Below are positions 1 through 10,134 of a DNA stretch of 53,400 bases, piece after piece. Both the position numbers and the translations under genes were made by a program. The stretch comes from Caulobacteraceae bacterium (GTDB lineage Bacteria; Pseudomonadota; Alphaproteobacteria; Caulobacterales; Caulobacteraceae): contig JAIXTR010000608.1 of the NCBI GenBank assembly GCA_027483845.1, positions 1-53,400 on the forward strand, in the 5' to 3' direction. A model generated the notes under the pieces. That model ran no database searches and was not told the DNA's origin. It saw nothing but the letters and a program-made list of their open reading frames with translations. Numbering within the stretch: position 1 is the first letter of the stretch; every line of letters begins with the position of its first letter.

Positions 1-204
1 CTCAAGAGCGTCGGCGATCCTCGCGAGCATAGATGCGCTGACGCGGTTGGCGCCGCGTTCGTATTTTTGCACCTGCTGGAAGGTCACGCCGATGGCTTCC
101 GCCAGCGCTTGCTGGGAGAGCCGGCGCATCTTGCGGGTCAACCGAATGCGGGTCCCGACGGTGACATCCACGGGGTCTGCGACATGCTCGGAACTTAGGG
201 GCAT
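1..204 (-). CDS. XRE-family HTH transcriptional regulator (3' end runs off the window)
   Basis: Manual translation from ATG at 204: MPLSSEHVADPVDVTVGTRIRLTRKMRRLSQQALAEAIGVTFQQVQKYERGANRVSASMLARIADALE. GVTFQQVQKYERG-NR is the classic HTH_3 signature. Not in the ORF track. Confidence 0.88.
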   Translation of the reverse strand, partial: MPLSSEHVADPVDVTVGTRIRLTRKMRRLSQQALAEAIGVTFQQVQKYERGANRVSASMLARIADALE

Positions 205-368
205 AGGCTGGACCTAATCGCGAAATCCGAATTGGTCCATGGCAATGCGCTCAGGTTACAGCGCGTCGCGGCCGCCGCCGCCTTGCGGAGGCCGGCGCGC
301 TTCGCCAAGGCCTGGGTCGACGGCCCGCGCGCCGGGCAGCGTCCCTCGATGCGCTCGCGGTAGGCCCG

Positions 369-821
369 TCAGTCAGGGCCGCGGCGGCCCGCGGCGGCGC
401 GCAGCTGGGCGCGCCCTCGTTCCGCCAGCTGTTCGTAGAGCCCCATGTGGGAGTTGAGCAGGCTCAGTGGATCGACGGCGGCGATCGCGTCCAGGGCGTC
501 GTCGTCGCATTCGTCGATCGCCGCCGCCTGGATGAGCAGCGCCTTGTTGTGCGCGAACACCAGGGCGATACGCGGACGCCGCAGTTGAAACGCCGTGATG
601 ATCGCCTGGTGATCGAGCTCCAGAATATCGGCGAAGAGCAGCAGCCGGTCGAGACGCAGCCCGGTCCGGCCCTTCTCGAAGTCCTGGTAAGCACGGGTGG
701 ACATTCCCATCCGGGCGGCCAGCTTCGGCGGCGAGACGTCTCGCATCCTGCGGAGCGGCGGGAGGATCTGCGGCGCGAGGTCCGCGAGATCGCGGTCACC
801 GCGTGGAGGCTTTGCAACCAT
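369..821 (-). CDS. XRE-family HTH regulator with C-terminal helical domain
   Basis: LRRMRDVSPPKLAARMGMSTRAYQDFEKGRTGLRLDRLLLFADILE is HTH-like; ATG at 821 chosen; divergent from traG. Confidence 0.75.
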   Translation of the reverse strand: MVAKPPRGDRDLADLAPQILPPLRRMRDVSPPKLAARMGMSTRAYQDFEKGRTGLRLDRLLLFADILELDHQAIITAFQLRRPRIALVFAHNKALLIQAAAIDECDDDALDAIAAVDPLSLLNSHMGLYEQLAERGRAQLRAAAGRRGPD

Positions 822-1129
822 GGCAATTGTCCTGACACGAACGCGACTTTTCGTGGAGTAAGGGCCGTGTGGCGCGCGATCAAGCGCCACGGTCAAGCCG
901 TGCGGACGCAACGCAGATCATCCGCGCCGCCCCAGCGGGAAACCTGCCGATCACCACGGGCGGCCTCGAAGGCCACCGATCACCGATATGGATTTCGCCT
1001 GCAAACACCGCGCGCGCTGGATGTCGAGTCGTTTGTCGCGGCAGATTATCCGCCGACCGACAGATGAAAAATGTCATATTATTCAGAGTGTAAACGCGGG
1101 ATTGTGATTTGATCGATCGCTGGTGATCC

Positions 1130-3052
1130 GTGCATGACACCGTTCGCCACAGTCTTGCGTGGAGGCGGGCGATGGGTGTCGGGGTCCGATGGGCGGCGAT
1201 GGCGGGCGGGCTGCTTATTGGCCTTCAGGCCGCGACCCAGTTCGTCGGCTGGTCCTTCGCCGGCTCGCCCGTGCTGGGACCCAGTTTTCGGTGGGTCCCG
1301 GATCTACGCCTCTATCCGCCTTGGCGAATTCTCGTCTGGCGCACCGCCCACGCCGACGCCCACCCGCGAACCTTCGCCTCGGCCAACGCCATCCTGCTGC
1401 TTGGGCTTGCGTCCGGCATGGGCTTGGCGGTCGTCCTCGACGGTCCGGCGCCGGGTCGTCAAAGATCCCGCGGCTGGGGCGACCGGGGTGATGCGCGCCG
1501 AGCGGGGCTCCTGGCGTCGGCGGGCTGTGTCGTCGGAGACCTCGGCGGCCGCCTGCTGATCACGGCGGACCTTCGTCCCACCCTGGTCACCGGCGGAACG
1601 CGATCCGGCAAGGGCCGCGGTCACGTCGTGCCCAGCCTGCTCAGCTGGCCCGAGAGCGCCATGGTGCACGATCCCAAGGGGGAGCTCTGGACCCTTACCG
1701 CCGGCTGGCGGGCGACCTTTTCCCACGTCCTGCGCTTCGATCCCCGCAATCCATCGTCCGCCCGCTGGAATCCGCTGGCGGAGATCCGGCCTGGGCGAGG
1801 CGAGCTCGCCCAGGTCCAGCGCCTGGTCGCCATTCTCTCGGACCCCGGCGGGGTGCGGGAGGAGGAGGCGATCTGGGACAAGTCGGCGTCTGAGATCCTC
1901 GAGGCCGTGATCCTGCACGTGCTCTATGCGGCGGAGGATCGGGACAAGACCCTGCTGAAGGTCCGCGAACTGCTGGCGGATCTCGACGCCGCGGCCGACG
2001 TGATGCTGCGAACCCAACATCGGACCGGGGCGGACGGCAAGCCGGAGACCCACCCCTTCGTCAAGACCGCCGTCACCGGCTACTGCGCCATGCACGACCG
2101 GTTCCGCACCTCCGTGCAGGGAACGGCGCGGTCCTACCTCAAGTGGCTGGCGGGCGACGACCTTGAACGCGCGCTGTCCGCATCGGATTTCGCCGTCGGC
2201 GATCTGATGTGCGCGACCGCGCCCGTCACCCTCCATGTCCAGGTCGCGCCCGCCGACGCCGTCACCCTCAAGCCGCTGGTGCGCCTTCTGTTCTACGCCG
2301 CAGCGCAGGATCTGACCGCCCACGCGCGCGCCGACGCGGCGGGCCGCCCCAAGCGCCACAAGCTGCTGATGGCGATGGACGAGTTTCCGCTGCTGGGACG
2401 GGTCGCCTTCTTCGAGAAAAGCCTCCGCCTGCTCAGCGGCTACGGCATCAAGACGATGTTCGTGGCCCAGAGCCTGAACGACATTGCCGAAACCTACGGC
2501 GCGCAGAACGCCATCCTCGACAACTGTCACGTCTACACCGCCTTTGCGGCCCTCGATCCACTGACCCTGGACAAGGTCTCGCGCCTCTCAGGCTCGGTGG
2601 CCGAGGCGCGCACCAGCTGGAGCCGTGCCGTCGGGTTGGGGGCAGGGCGCGCCTCCCTCTCCACGTCCGACGTGGACCGGCCTCTTCTGGAGCCCGGGGA
2701 GGTCCGCGCCCTGGCCGACGACGAACAGGTCGTCTTCGTCGCCGGCCACCGGCCCCTGCGGACCCGCAAGGTCCGGTACGACCGGCGCGACCCCTTCCGT
2801 CGCCGCGCGCAGCTGGCCGCCCCCGGTCCCGGCGCCGGCGTCGATACCCCGGGGCGGCCACCGCATCCGTGGGCCGGACGTCGGGCTCTGGGGGAGGATC
2901 GCAACGCGACCTTGCCACTGTTCAAGGAGGCGACGGGCGCCATCGACGAAAAGCGCGCCGCCGCGCGGCTCGCCGAAACCTACCAGCGGCTGGCCGAGGA
3001 CATGACGGCCCAGGACGCCGTGCTGGATCATCTGCAGGGACGACGGTCATGA
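1130..3052 (+). CDS. traG: Type IV coupling protein TraG/VirD4
   Basis: N-terminal TM segments, Walker A GGTRSGKG, HDPKGE, WNPLAEIR, Walker B MDEFPLLG, QSLNDI..YG motifs. Start uncertain. Confidence 0.93.
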   Translation: MHDTVRHSLAWRRAMGVGVRWAAMAGGLLIGLQAATQFVGWSFAGSPVLGPSFRWVPDLRLYPPWRILVWRTAHADAHPRTFASANAILLLGLASGMGLAVVLDGPAPGRQRSRGWGDRGDARRAGLLASAGCVVGDLGGRLLITADLRPTLVTGGTRSGKGRGHVVPSLLSWPESAMVHDPKGELWTLTAGWRATFSHVLRFDPRNPSSARWNPLAEIRPGRGELAQVQRLVAILSDPGGVREEEAIWDKSASEILEAVILHVLYAAEDRDKTLLKVRELLADLDAAADVMLRTQHRTGADGKPETHPFVKTAVTGYCAMHDRFRTSVQGTARSYLKWLAGDDLERALSASDFAVGDLMCATAPVTLHVQVAPADAVTLKPLVRLLFYAAAQDLTAHARADAAGRPKRHKLLMAMDEFPLLGRVAFFEKSLRLLSGYGIKTMFVAQSLNDIAETYGAQNAILDNCHVYTAFAALDPLTLDKVSRLSGSVAEARTSWSRAVGLGAGRASLSTSDVDRPLLEPGEVRALADDEQVVFVAGHRPLRTRKVRYDRRDPFRRRAQLAAPGPGAGVDTPGRPPHPWAGRRALGEDRNATLPLFKEATGAIDEKRAAARLAETYQRLAEDMTAQDAVLDHLQGRRS

Positions 3053-3507
3053 CCCGACAGGACGCCCGCCCGACACCTCGGGTGCAGGTCTATTTCGAGA
3101 ACCCGAAGATCGAGCTGGCCTTGCGCCGGGAGGCGCGCGCGGGACGCCTCACGCTCAGCCGGGCGGCGGAACGGGCGATCGCCCGGGGCCTCCAGCGCCG
3201 ACCCAGCGCCGACCCGGAGGACCGGCTGCTCAATCTCGAGCGGGCGCTCCGCGATCACATGCGCGCCATGGCCCGGGACATGACCATCGTCCAGGAGCTG
3301 ATGGTGGAGTTCGCCCGCGCGTTCTTCTCGCGATTGCCCGACACCATGGCCGACCAGGATCCCCTGCTGCGCGCGGCGGTCGAGGCGCGGATCGAGCGCC
3401 TGCTTGACGCCGCCGCAGCCCGGATCATCGCGGGCGGCGCGCATGCCGCGGAGCTGATCCGCGATAACGGGGCCCGAACGGCCGGCGCCCCGCAGGCCGC
3501 CGAGTGA
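3049..3507 (+). CDS. CopG/ribbon-helix-helix-like conjugation accessory protein
   Basis: ATG overlaps the traG stop (ATGA); RVQVYFE..IELALRREA..LSRAAERAIA looks like RHH; usual position between traG and trbB. Confidence 0.72.
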   Translation: MTRQDARPTPRVQVYFENPKIELALRREARAGRLTLSRAAERAIARGLQRRPSADPEDRLLNLERALRDHMRAMARDMTIVQELMVEFARAFFSRLPDTMADQDPLLRAAVEARIERLLDAAAARIIAGGAHAAELIRDNGARTAGAPQAAE

Positions 3508-4487
3508 CCCCCGACGTCGAGGCCCTGGGCCGCAAGCGCGCCGCCCTCGATCACGCCCTGGGAGCGGACGTTCTGGCCGCTTTGGCGAACCCGTCGGTGA
3601 TCGAGGTGCTCGCCAACCCCGATGGCCGCCTGGTGCTGGACCGCCAGGGGGACGGACGGACGGATACGGGAGTCCGGCTGGACGCAGCGGCCCGTGAGCG
3701 GGTCATCCGCCTTGTGGCCGACTTCGTCGGAGAGCCGGTGACCCGGGAGGATCCGCGCCTGTCGGGCGTCCTCCCCAGCGGCGAGCGGTTCCAGGGCGTT
3801 CTGCCGCCTGTCTGCGCGCAGCCGGCCTTCTCGATCCGCAAGCGGCCCGCCCAGGTCTGGACGCTGGCGGAATACGTCGATCAGGAGGTGCTGACGCCTG
3901 CGGCGGCGCTCGCCCTTCAAGCCGCGGTGGCGGCGCGGCGGAACATCCTGGTGTCCGGCGGTGCGGGCTCGGGAAAGACCAGCCTCGTCAATGCGATCCT
4001 TGCCGAACCTCTCTTCGCGGACGACCGGGTGTTCCTCATCGAGGATACGCCGGAACTGCAGTGCGCGGCCTGGGACCTGGTCGCCGTGCTCACCCGCCGG
4101 CATCCGAAGCCGATCGGACTGGCTGACCTGGTGCGGGACGCCCTGCGCATGCGCCCCGATCGGATTGTGGTGGGCGAGATGCGCGACGGGGCGGCGGCCC
4201 TAGAAACCCTCAAGGCCTGGAATACCGGCCATCCCGGGGGCGTCTCCACGGTCCACGCGAATTCGGCCCCGGAAGCCCTGCAGCGCCTCGAGGACTTGAT
4301 CCTGGAGGTCGCCCCGCGCGCCCCGCGGCGCGCCATCGCCCAGGCGGTGGACCTGATCGTGCATATTCGGCGCGACCCGGGCGGCCGACGGGTCGAGGCG
4401 ATGGTCGCCGTGGACGGTGTCCATGGTGATGGCGCCTATGACCTGCGTCCGCTGATGGGCGAGGCTCCGGACACCAACGCGACTTAG
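3504..4487 (+). CDS. trbB: P-type conjugative ATPase TrbB (VirB11 family)
   Basis: GGAGSGKTS Walker A, IEDTPEL, LRMRPDRIVVGEMR, WNTGHPGG..TVHAN motifs. Confidence 0.95.
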   Translation: MTPDVEALGRKRAALDHALGADVLAALANPSVIEVLANPDGRLVLDRQGDGRTDTGVRLDAAARERVIRLVADFVGEPVTREDPRLSGVLPSGERFQGVLPPVCAQPAFSIRKRPAQVWTLAEYVDQEVLTPAAALALQAAVAARRNILVSGGAGSGKTSLVNAILAEPLFADDRVFLIEDTPELQCAAWDLVAVLTRRHPKPIGLADLVRDALRMRPDRIVVGEMRDGAAALETLKAWNTGHPGGVSTVHANSAPEALQRLEDLILEVAPRAPRRAIAQAVDLIVHIRRDPGGRRVEAMVAVDGVHGDGAYDLRPLMGEAPDTNAT

Positions 4488-4577
4488 TCCGCAGATCGTT
4501 GCGCGCCGACCGCCGGCCCGACCTCCGCGTCATCTTGCGGCGGCATGGGAAACGCGCGCTGCCGTGAAGCTGGGGAC

Positions 4578-4793
4578 CTACTGCAGGACGGCGCCGGCCG
4601 GGGCGCCGAACCGTTTGGCCAGGTCGTCGGCGATCTTCTCCATCTCGCGCTGGAGGGCCGCGAATTCGGCAGGGTCCGCGGTCTGGGCGCGGCCAACGAG
4701 ATTGAGGCACCTATCCACGATCCGCAGCGCCTCCGGCCGGCCCCGAACACGCAGGCGCAGGGCGAGCAGATAGGCGAGGGGGTCGTCGTCCAT
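4578..4793 (-). CDS. Small helical hypothetical protein (71 aa), antisense between trbB and trbC
   Basis: ATG ORF with natural amphipathic composition, lying in the 550-bp trbB-trbC gap. Confidence 0.55.
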   Translation of the reverse strand: MDDDPLAYLLALRLRVRGRPEALRIVDRCLNLVGRAQTADPAEFAALQREMEKIADDLAKRFGAPAGAVLQ

Positions 4794-4945
4794 GGAAGTT
4801 CCGCGTTGGTAGGATGGGCCTCAATACGCCGAACGGTGGTCTTGGAACACCTATGGCTGATCGGCGCATGGCCCCCATGCCGTGGGGCTATGGGAGGTCG
4901 CGCGCACGTCGTCCGCGACCTGCGTAAAAGTTGTTCGTAACACAC

Positions 4946-4985
4946 TGACAACATTGAATAAAATATGTTGACAATCAGCGTTGTC
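4946..4985 (+). promoter_or_regulatory. AT-rich putative promoter/operator upstream of trbC
   Basis: TTGACA at 4968-4973; inverted repeats CAACAT(4949-54)/ATGTTG(4965-70) and GACAA(4970-74)/TTGTC(4981-85). Confidence 0.5.
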
Positions 4986-5036
4986 GCGATTTGCATTGCA
5001 ACCCTGGCGGGATCGTCCTGCCGAGGGACTGCAACC

Positions 5037-5360
5037 ATGCAACGTGCGACGACACGCGGCCTGCGCGCCGCGCTGACCTTCTGCGGCCTGATCTTCGCCA
5101 CGCCGGCCCTCGCGGGCGGCGCGGGCATGCCCTGGGAGGGACCGTTACAGCAGATCGTGGAATCGGTGACCGGCCCCGTCGTCCAGGCGGCCGCCGTGAT
5201 CGCGGTGGTGATCTTCGGCGCCGGCATCGCCATGAGCGAAGGCGGGTCTGGCATGCGCCGCGGGCTGGGCCTCCTTTTCGGCCTGTCGATCGCCTTCGCG
5301 GCGTCCACGTTTTTCCTCGACTTCTTTGGCTTCGCTGGCGGGCTGGAGCTGCCGCGATGA
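5037..5360 (+). CDS. trbC: Pilin TrbC (VirB2)
   Basis: Signal peptide, MPWEGPLQQIVESVTGPV, two hydrophobic segments, FFGFAGG end. Confidence 0.92.
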   Translation: MQRATTRGLRAALTFCGLIFATPALAGGAGMPWEGPLQQIVESVTGPVVQAAAVIAVVIFGAGIAMSEGGSGMRRGLGLLFGLSIAFAASTFFLDFFGFAGGLELPR

Positions 5361-5626
5361 TCGACGCCACGCGTCCCGAAGGCTGGGACCTGCCGGTCGC
5401 CCAGGCCCTCGCCGAGCCGGTGCTCCTGGCCGGCATGCCGCGCGACTACGCCGTGGTCATGGGCACCGTCGCCCTGGTGCTGGGCCTGGCCCTGCGCATC
5501 TGGTGGCTGGGGCTCCTCTGGTGGGGCGTCGCCCACGCGCTCGGGCTCTACGTCGCACGAACGGACACGCGGTTCTTCGACGTCCTGCGCCGGCAGCTCC
5601 GCCGGCCGGGTCACCTGGACGCGTGA
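5357..5626 (+). CDS. trbD: TrbD (VirB3)
   Basis: PVAQALAEPVLLAGMPR motif, TM segments, DTRFFDV; overlaps the trbC stop. Confidence 0.9.
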   Translation: MIDATRPEGWDLPVAQALAEPVLLAGMPRDYAVVMGTVALVLGLALRIWWLGLLWWGVAHALGLYVARTDTRFFDVLRRQLRRPGHLDA

Positions 5627-5631
5627 CGACC

Positions 5632-8054
5632 ATGCGCTTCCTGGACGAGCACCGGCGCCGGCCCGCCATGCTAGCGGACCATCTGCCCTGGGCGGCCCTC
5701 GTGGCCCCCGGCGTGATCCTCAACAAGGACGGCGCCTTCCTGACCGCCGTCAGCTTCCGCGGCCCCGATCTGGAGTCCGCGACCGCCGACGAACTGATGG
5801 GCGTCCGCGCCCGCCTGAACAACGCGCTGCGCCGGCTGGGCCGGGGTTGGTGCCTGCATGTGGAGGCGCGGCGGCGGACCGCTGACCCCTATCCGACCTG
5901 CGACATCTCCGATCCCGCCGCCTTCTCGACGCCGAGCGCCAGGCGGCCTTCGACCAGGCCGATCCCGCCTTCGAGACCGACTACGGACTGGCGCTGACCT
6001 GGCTGCCGCCGGTCGAAGACACGCACCGGATGGAACGGCTGCTCTTTGATGGCCTGGCCCGGGCCAGCCACGATTGGCGCTCGGCGCTGGAGACGTTCCG
6101 CCGCGACGCCGACCGGGTCCTCGACCTGCTGGCCGACGCCCTGCCGGATGTGCGCCCCCTCTCGGACGCCGCGCTGTTGGGCTGGTTGCACGCCGCGGTG
6201 TCGCCGGCGCCCCATCCGATCGATCCGCGCCAGACCCCGGTCTTCCTGGACGCCGCTCTGGCCGATGCGCCCCTGAGCGGCGGCGTCGCGCCCCGGCTGG
6301 GATCGCAATGGCTGAAGGTGGTGTCGGTCCGGGGCCTCCCCGCAGCCACCCGACCGGGCTTGCTCGACGCGCTCTCGGCCTTGCCGTTTCCCTATCGCTG
6401 GACAGGGCGTTGGATCGGTCTCGACAAGGCGGACGCGGAACGGGAGATCGTCCGACTGCGCAAGCGCTGGTTCGCAAAGCGCAAGGGCCTGAGCGTCCTG
6501 CTTCGCGAAGCGATTACCAAGGAGGAGACGCCGCTCCTCGACACCGACGCCGCGGGCAAGACAGAGGAATGCGATGTCGCCCTGGCGGCCCTGGGCGCCG
6601 ACGCCTGCGCCTACGGCTATCTCACCCTGACGGTGACCCTGCTGGCGGCGGATCCCGAGCAGGCGGCCGAGCGCGCGCGGGCCGTGGAGGCCGCGCTCAA
6701 CAGCCAGGGTCTGATCGCGCGGGTCGAGGACCTGAACGCGGTGGAGGCCTGGCTCGGATCGCTGCCGGGCGAAGCCTATGCCGACGTCCGGCGCCCGATG
6801 GTGTCGACCCTGAACCTTGCCGATCTGCTGCCCGTCTCGGCCGTCTGGGCCGGGCCGCCGGGCGACCCCTGCCTGGACGGTCCGCCCTTGGCGGTGGCGC
6901 GAACGACGGGCGCCACGCCGTTCCGGCTCGTGCTTCATGTGGGCGACGTCGGCCACGCCATGGTCGTGGGGCCTACCGGGTCGGGCAAGAGCGTCCTGCT
7001 GTCCTTCCTGGCGCTGCAATGGTTTCGCTACCGGGGCGCGCGGGTGGTGTTCCTCGACAAGGGCCGGAGCGCCCGCGCTGCCACCCTGGCGGCGGGCGGG
7101 TGCTGGCGGTCCCTCGCACCGGGGGGCGGCGTCGCGCTCCAGCCCCTGGCCCGGGTAGACGATCCCGCCGAGCGCGCCTGGGCGGCCGAGTGGTTGCTCG
7201 ACGCCGGGGCGTCGGCCGGACTGCCGCCAACGCCGCGCAGCCGCGAGGAGGTCTGGTCGGCTCTTGCGACCCTGGGCGCCGCGCCGGCGGATCAGCGGTC
7301 CCTGACGGTCTTCCGCGCCCTCCTGCAGGATCGGGCGCTCGCCGCGGCCCTCGAACCGCTCACCCTGGCCGGACCTGGCGGGGACCTTCTCGATGGGGCG
7401 GCGGGCCTTGCGCCGGCGAGCGCCTTCGACACCTTCGAGCTCGAAACCCTCATGGCGACCCGCGCGGCGCTGGGTCCGACATTGTCGGCCCTGTTCCACC
7501 TGCTGGAGCGCGACTTCGACGGCCGGCCGACGCTACTAATCCTGGACGAGGCCTGGCTGTTCCTGGACGACACCGCCTTCGCCGGTCGCATTCGGGAATG
7601 GCTCAAGACCCTCCGCAAGCGGCGCGTCGCGGTGGTGTTCGCCACGCAATCGCTCGATGACATCGCGGGATCCTCGATCGCCGCCAGCCTGATCGAGTCC
7701 TGCCCGACCCAGGTCTTCCTGCCCAACCCCCGCGCCCTCGAACCCCGGTCGGCGGCGCTCTACGAGGGGTTCGGGCTCAACCGGCGCCAGCTGGAGCTGA
7801 TCGCGTTCGCGCCGCCGAAGCGCGCCTATTACTGGCGCCAGCCCCAAGGCCGTCGCCTGTTCGACCTCAAGCTCACCGGCGTCGCGCTCGCGCTCTGCGG
7901 CGCCTCGTCGCCTGAGGACCAGCGCCTCATCGACCAGGTCCTGGCGCGCAACGGTCCGGAGGACTTCGCTCGCACGTTTCTGAAAGCCAAGGGATTCAAG
8001 CATGTCGACGCCCTGTTTGACGCGCTGGCTGAGCCGCCGCTCGCGGTGGAATAG
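5632..8054 (+). pseudogene. trbE: TrbE (VirB4 ATPase), frameshifted near 5922
   Basis: Frame 1 gives LPWAALVAPGVILNKDG..FRGPDLES..YPTCDISDPAA. Homology continues in another frame from 5922 (LLDAERQAAFDQ..LALTWLPP) into ORF 6030-8054, which has GPTGSGKS and LDEAW. Confidence 0.87.
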
Positions 8055-8769
8055 CCTCCTCGCGCTCTGCGCCCCGCTGGCTTTCGCCGTCGGCGCCGCA
8101 CCCACGGGCGCGCACGCCCAGCTGGTCGTCTTCGACCCTAAGAACCACCTGGAGAACGCGCTGCAGGCGGCTCGCCAACTCGAAAGCCTCGCCAATGAGG
8201 CGCGGGCGCTCACCAACCAGGCCCGCGAGCTGGCGGCCTCGCCGTACAGCCATCTGGGCGCCGCCTCGGAGACCCTGCAGGAGATCGGCGACCTGGCCCA
8301 GAGCGTTCGCGGCCTGGCGGGCGACCTCCAGGGTCTGGAAGCGGACTTCAGCGAGCTCTATCCCGCGGTGATCGAGGGCCTCGATCCGGGTCGTGCGCTG
8401 GCGCAGTCCCGCGCCCGCAACGACCAGGCCCGCGAGACCGCGCAGGATCTCGCCCGCACCGCCGCGGAGCTCGATCGGCTCAGCCGGGGGCGGGCGGGCC
8501 GGCTGGCGGGCGCGTTAAGCGCCAGCCAGGACGCCCAGGGCCAGACGGCGGCCATCCAGTCGTCCACCCAGATGCTGGCCGTCCTTGCCGAGGATCTGGG
8601 CTCGATGCGCGCGCTGCTGATGGCCCAGTCGCGGGTGCTCGCCGCCGACAGCGCCCGGCGCGCCGCCGAGCGGGCGGCGGGGGCCGAAGCGCGGCGCCAG
8701 TTCTGGGGCGGCGCCGGCGCGGCGCCCGCCAACCCCGCCTTCGACCCGCTCCGTCATTCGCGGCGGTGA
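8002..8769 (+). CDS. trbJ: TrbJ (VirB5-like)
   Basis: Signal peptide ..AHAQ, VVFDPKN..N..QAARQLE, SQDAQGQTAAIQ motifs; position after trbE. Start uncertain. Confidence 0.88.
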   Translation: MSTPCLTRWLSRRSRWNSLLALCAPLAFAVGAAPTGAHAQLVVFDPKNHLENALQAARQLESLANEARALTNQARELAASPYSHLGAASETLQEIGDLAQSVRGLAGDLQGLEADFSELYPAVIEGLDPGRALAQSRARNDQARETAQDLARTAAELDRLSRGRAGRLAGALSASQDAQGQTAAIQSSTQMLAVLAEDLGSMRALLMAQSRVLAADSARRAAERAAGAEARRQFWGGAGAAPANPAFDPLRHSRR

Positions 8770-8778
8770 ACCCGGACC

Positions 8779-10131
8779 ATGGCGGCTACCCCCGACACCG
8801 CGAACGACCTGATGGTGGTGTTCTCCGACACCATCACCGCCGGCTTCGAGGCGCTCGCCGGCGCCGTGAACGGCGTGTTCGGCCTGATGATCGCCCTCGT
8901 GGTGGCGCTCACCGGCATCCAGTGGGCGTTGTCGTCCAATCGCGACATCCTCGCCGCCGGCTTCGGCAAGGTGCTGCTGATCGGGGCCTTCGCCTACCTG
9001 ATCAACGATTGGCAGGGCCTGTCGGAAACCGTCTGGGACGGCTTCATCGCGCTTGGGCTCACGGCGGGCGGCGGGACCCTGTCGCGGGCGGACTTCCTGA
9101 ACCCCGGCGCGATCCTGCAGCAGGGCTGGGACATCGTCCGCGCCCTGGGCGAGACCCCGGCGCCCATGGAGACCCCGCTGGATGTGGTGGGCAATCTGAC
9201 CGACGCCCTCATCCTGGGCCTGGCCATGATCGGCATCATCCTCGCCTTTGCGGTCCTGGCCCTGCAGATCATCGTCACCCTGCTGGAGTTCAAGATCGTC
9301 ACCCTCGGGGGCTTCGTCCTGCTGCCGTTCGGCATCTTGTCGAAGTCGGCCTTCCTGGCGGAACGCCCCCTGGGCTTCGTGGTCTCCTCCGGCCTCAAGG
9401 TCTTGGCCCTCGCCATCGTGGTCTCCGGCGCCCGCAGCATCTTCGATCAGCTGCAGCCCTCCGCGAACCCCGACCTCTACGAGGCCCTGGCCATCCTGGC
9501 GGCGTCGCTGCTCCTGGCCATGCTGGCGCTGTTCGTGCCGAGCCTGGCCGCCGCCCTGGTCACCGGCGGCCCAGCGCTCGGCGCCGGGGCCGCCGCCGCG
9601 GGCGGGCTCGCCGTGGCCGGAGCCGCGGCCCTGGGCGGGGGCGCTGTCGCGGGGTTGACGTCCACGTTGGCGCGCGCGGGCCCCATGCGCGCCGCGGCGG
9701 GTCTGGCCGACGGACGCCCGCCGCCGCGCACCGGCGGGTCAGGGGCTCCGCCACCGCCGAAGCCCAGCGCGCCCGTCGGTCCGCCGCCGGGGCGCGGCGG
9801 GGGCGGCGCCAGCGGCGCGGACGCTCCGAGCGCCGTCCCGGAGGCCGTCCGGGGGCCGGCGGCTGTGCGCGGCGCCTTCGTCGCGGGCGAGGGAAGCCCG
9901 GCCGCCGGCGCGGCCGGGGCGGCAGACCCCGCCATCGCGAGAGAGACCATGGCGGCCGAACGTGCCTTTCAGGCGGCCGTTCGGGCCCGGCCGCCGGCGA
10001 CGGTGTCGCGGGCGCAACGCCGCGGGTCGGCGCTGCAGGCCTTCTTCATCGCCAATGCGGGGCGCGGCCTGCTGCCCGGCAACGAAACCTCCGGCGCCCT
10101 GTCCCCGCATCTCCGCGACGAGGAGCCCTGA
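8779..10131 (+). CDS. trbL: TrbL (VirB6)
   Basis: Polytopic membrane protein with QIIVTLLEFKIVTLGGFVLLPFG..FLAER and a Gly/Ala/Pro-rich tail. Confidence 0.93.
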   Translation: MAATPDTANDLMVVFSDTITAGFEALAGAVNGVFGLMIALVVALTGIQWALSSNRDILAAGFGKVLLIGAFAYLINDWQGLSETVWDGFIALGLTAGGGTLSRADFLNPGAILQQGWDIVRALGETPAPMETPLDVVGNLTDALILGLAMIGIILAFAVLALQIIVTLLEFKIVTLGGFVLLPFGILSKSAFLAERPLGFVVSSGLKVLALAIVVSGARSIFDQLQPSANPDLYEALAILAASLLLAMLALFVPSLAAALVTGGPALGAGAAAAGGLAVAGAAALGGGAVAGLTSTLARAGPMRAAAGLADGRPPPRTGGSGAPPPPKPSAPVGPPPGRGGGGASGADAPSAVPEAVRGPAAVRGAFVAGEGSPAAGAAGAADPAIARETMAAERAFQAAVRARPPATVSRAQRRGSALQAFFIANAGRGLLPGNETSGALSPHLRDEEP

Positions 10132-10134
10132 CCC

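Noticed and set aside
912-1129. oriT upstream of traG
   Set aside because: AT-rich, but no recognisable nic consensus with an adjacent inverted repeat.
2209-3507. 432-aa ORF
   Set aside because: The N-terminal part is an off-frame shadow of traG; the real gene starts at 3049.
5905-5930. Programmed ribosomal frameshift in trbE
   Set aside because: No X XXY YYZ slippery site or homopolymer at the junction.
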